This document shows, piece after piece, positions 62,538 to 64,000 of a stretch of DNA of 64,000 nucleotides. The DNA lies in the NCBI GenBank assembly GCA_951406725.2, contig OX597820.1, positions 111,724,001-111,788,000 on the forward strand, given 5' to 3'. The stretch is from Octopus vulgaris. Its lineage: Eukaryota. The notes below the pieces were generated by a model. That model saw only the letters and a list, made by a program, of their open reading frames with translations, searched no databases and had not been told where the DNA came from. The position numbers were made by a program, and so were the translations under genes. Within the stretch, counting starts at the first letter, position 1. Every line of letters begins with the position of its first letter.

Positions 62538-63088
62538 ACAAAAAAAATTAGAAAGATTCATCCATCTTTAGATATTTTATACTAAAAAATAAAACAAACG
62601 GAAAACGGGCACTGGCGAATATAAACAAACATGTTGGCCGATACAAGGAGCGGGATTTACTTTTAACCAGTCAGCTATTATTAATGATACAACATCGTTT
62701 GCAAATTCTTGATTGCTTTTAATCAGATTTTTTTTACTGTGCACTCTCGTTAGGGTTAGTTAATGGCTTTTTCTGTTATTTCCAAATCTCTTCCGAGACC
62801 AAATAAAGTCATAGAATTAAAAAATTCCTCGTTCGGGCACAAAATTTGACATAATAGTATGTATTGGTTATAAACTGAATTTCAAGAAACAGATTGTGAA
62901 ACGGTCTTACAATTCGCAGACGATATTGTCGGGCCCCGCGTATCATTAATACCTGACTGGTAAAAGTAAATTAACGCCACTTGTAATCGTCTGACATGTT
63001 TATATTCGCGATTGCCCGTTTTCCGTTTGTGTTGTTTTTTAGTATAAAATATTTAAAAATGGATGAATTTTTCTAATTTTTTTTGGTA
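62538..63088. mobile_element. Second fold-back MITE family, ~150-bp TIRs
   Basis: aaaaaaattagaaagattcatccat...ccagtcag..attaatgatac is mirrored by gtatcattaat..ctgactgg...atggatgaatttttctaattttttt. Confidence 0.8.
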
Positions 63089-64000
63089 CTACTTGAGAAC
63101 AGTGGTCCCGGTGTGCGCACTCGCGCCAGCTAGTCATGACTAGTCGATCCTTAATTTGTGTTTTATTTACTTTGCTAGGTAGTCGTTATAGGATCGACTA
63201 CTTACGACTAGCTTACGAATTACAAATATTATAAAATCGTTCCAATCGAATAAATCTTGATATTACGTGAGTTACAAATTATTTCAAGAAAAGGCGGAAA
63301 ATACTACTTACCAGACACTCTTTCACCTTCAACACTAGGCGACCTAAAGAGTTGTTTTCTTAATTCAAGAGGTACATTAGACATGTCGAAGTTATTTACT
63401 TAAATAACATTTTAAAAAAGTGAGGACAGACAACAACATCAAGCGGATCTACACGAGATTAGCCCGCTGAAATCGTATAACGGAATACAAGAATGGAAGA
63501 ATACACTTTCGGAATTATTCCGCTGTAATCGTATAACAGAATAGAAGAATGCACTTTCGGAATTAGATATTAAAGGAATAGTCCATTCTTTAATTAGGTT
63601 GAGCCTCGTTTTGAAAACCTCTTTTCATTGAGAAAATCTCCGTTCGCCTTCATGAAAATGCAGTGGAGTGATTCGAATTACGACGGCCATGAACCTTCGG
63701 TATATGTTTATTAATATTTTATCTTACGAAATTCTTCTTCAATTATCTTTTTTTCTTTTTATTCTGAAAATACTGTAATCCTCATGATATCCGTCCCGTT
63801 TCTCTTGCCGCCACATGGTTTACAGTGTGTCCTTCAACATGGTGGAACTTCCTTTCAGATTTACCGCAAATTGTCAGGAATTCACTTTTAATAACGCAAT
63901 AATTTCTCACCAATTGTTTTATATGAAACTTCTCCCGCTTATATAGGAATATAGTTAAATTATTTCGCTTCACTAAGCTTTAATTTCCTGTAGCCGTAAA

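Noticed and set aside
63782-63973. 63-aa minus-strand ORF
   Set aside because: No recognisable homology, and the nearby exon-like segment has stops in all three frames.

Overview
This is AT-rich, microsatellite- and transposon-dense eukaryotic DNA, most likely from an octopus (inferred from the SINE and RTE repertoire). The backbone is the 3' part of one plus-strand gene, NOL11 (nucleolar protein 11). Thirteen phase-compatible exons from 54 to 49014 splice to 556 aa plus a stop; the N-terminal exons lie upstream of the window. One intron (27074-27726) is a clear U12-type minor-spliceosome intron and contains an H/ACA-like double hairpin. Introns and the 3' flank hold RTE-clade LINEs, several with a C4HC3 PHD finger inside the RT ORF and two with monomer-repeat 5' ends. 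They also hold a full-length decayed piggyBac, Tigger, maT and mariner fossils, Helitron pieces, a CR1-group LINE sharing its 3' tail with the dominant SINE, long fold-back MITEs, and Penelope-like remnants with hammerhead ribozyme motifs. I see no prokaryote-type system such as CRISPR. The best leads are the U12 intron with its possible snoRNA, the hammerhead motifs, the inverted Penelope-like insertion with a 12-bp TSD, and the PHD-bearing RTE architecture. All calls were made by eye; no searches or folding programs were run.
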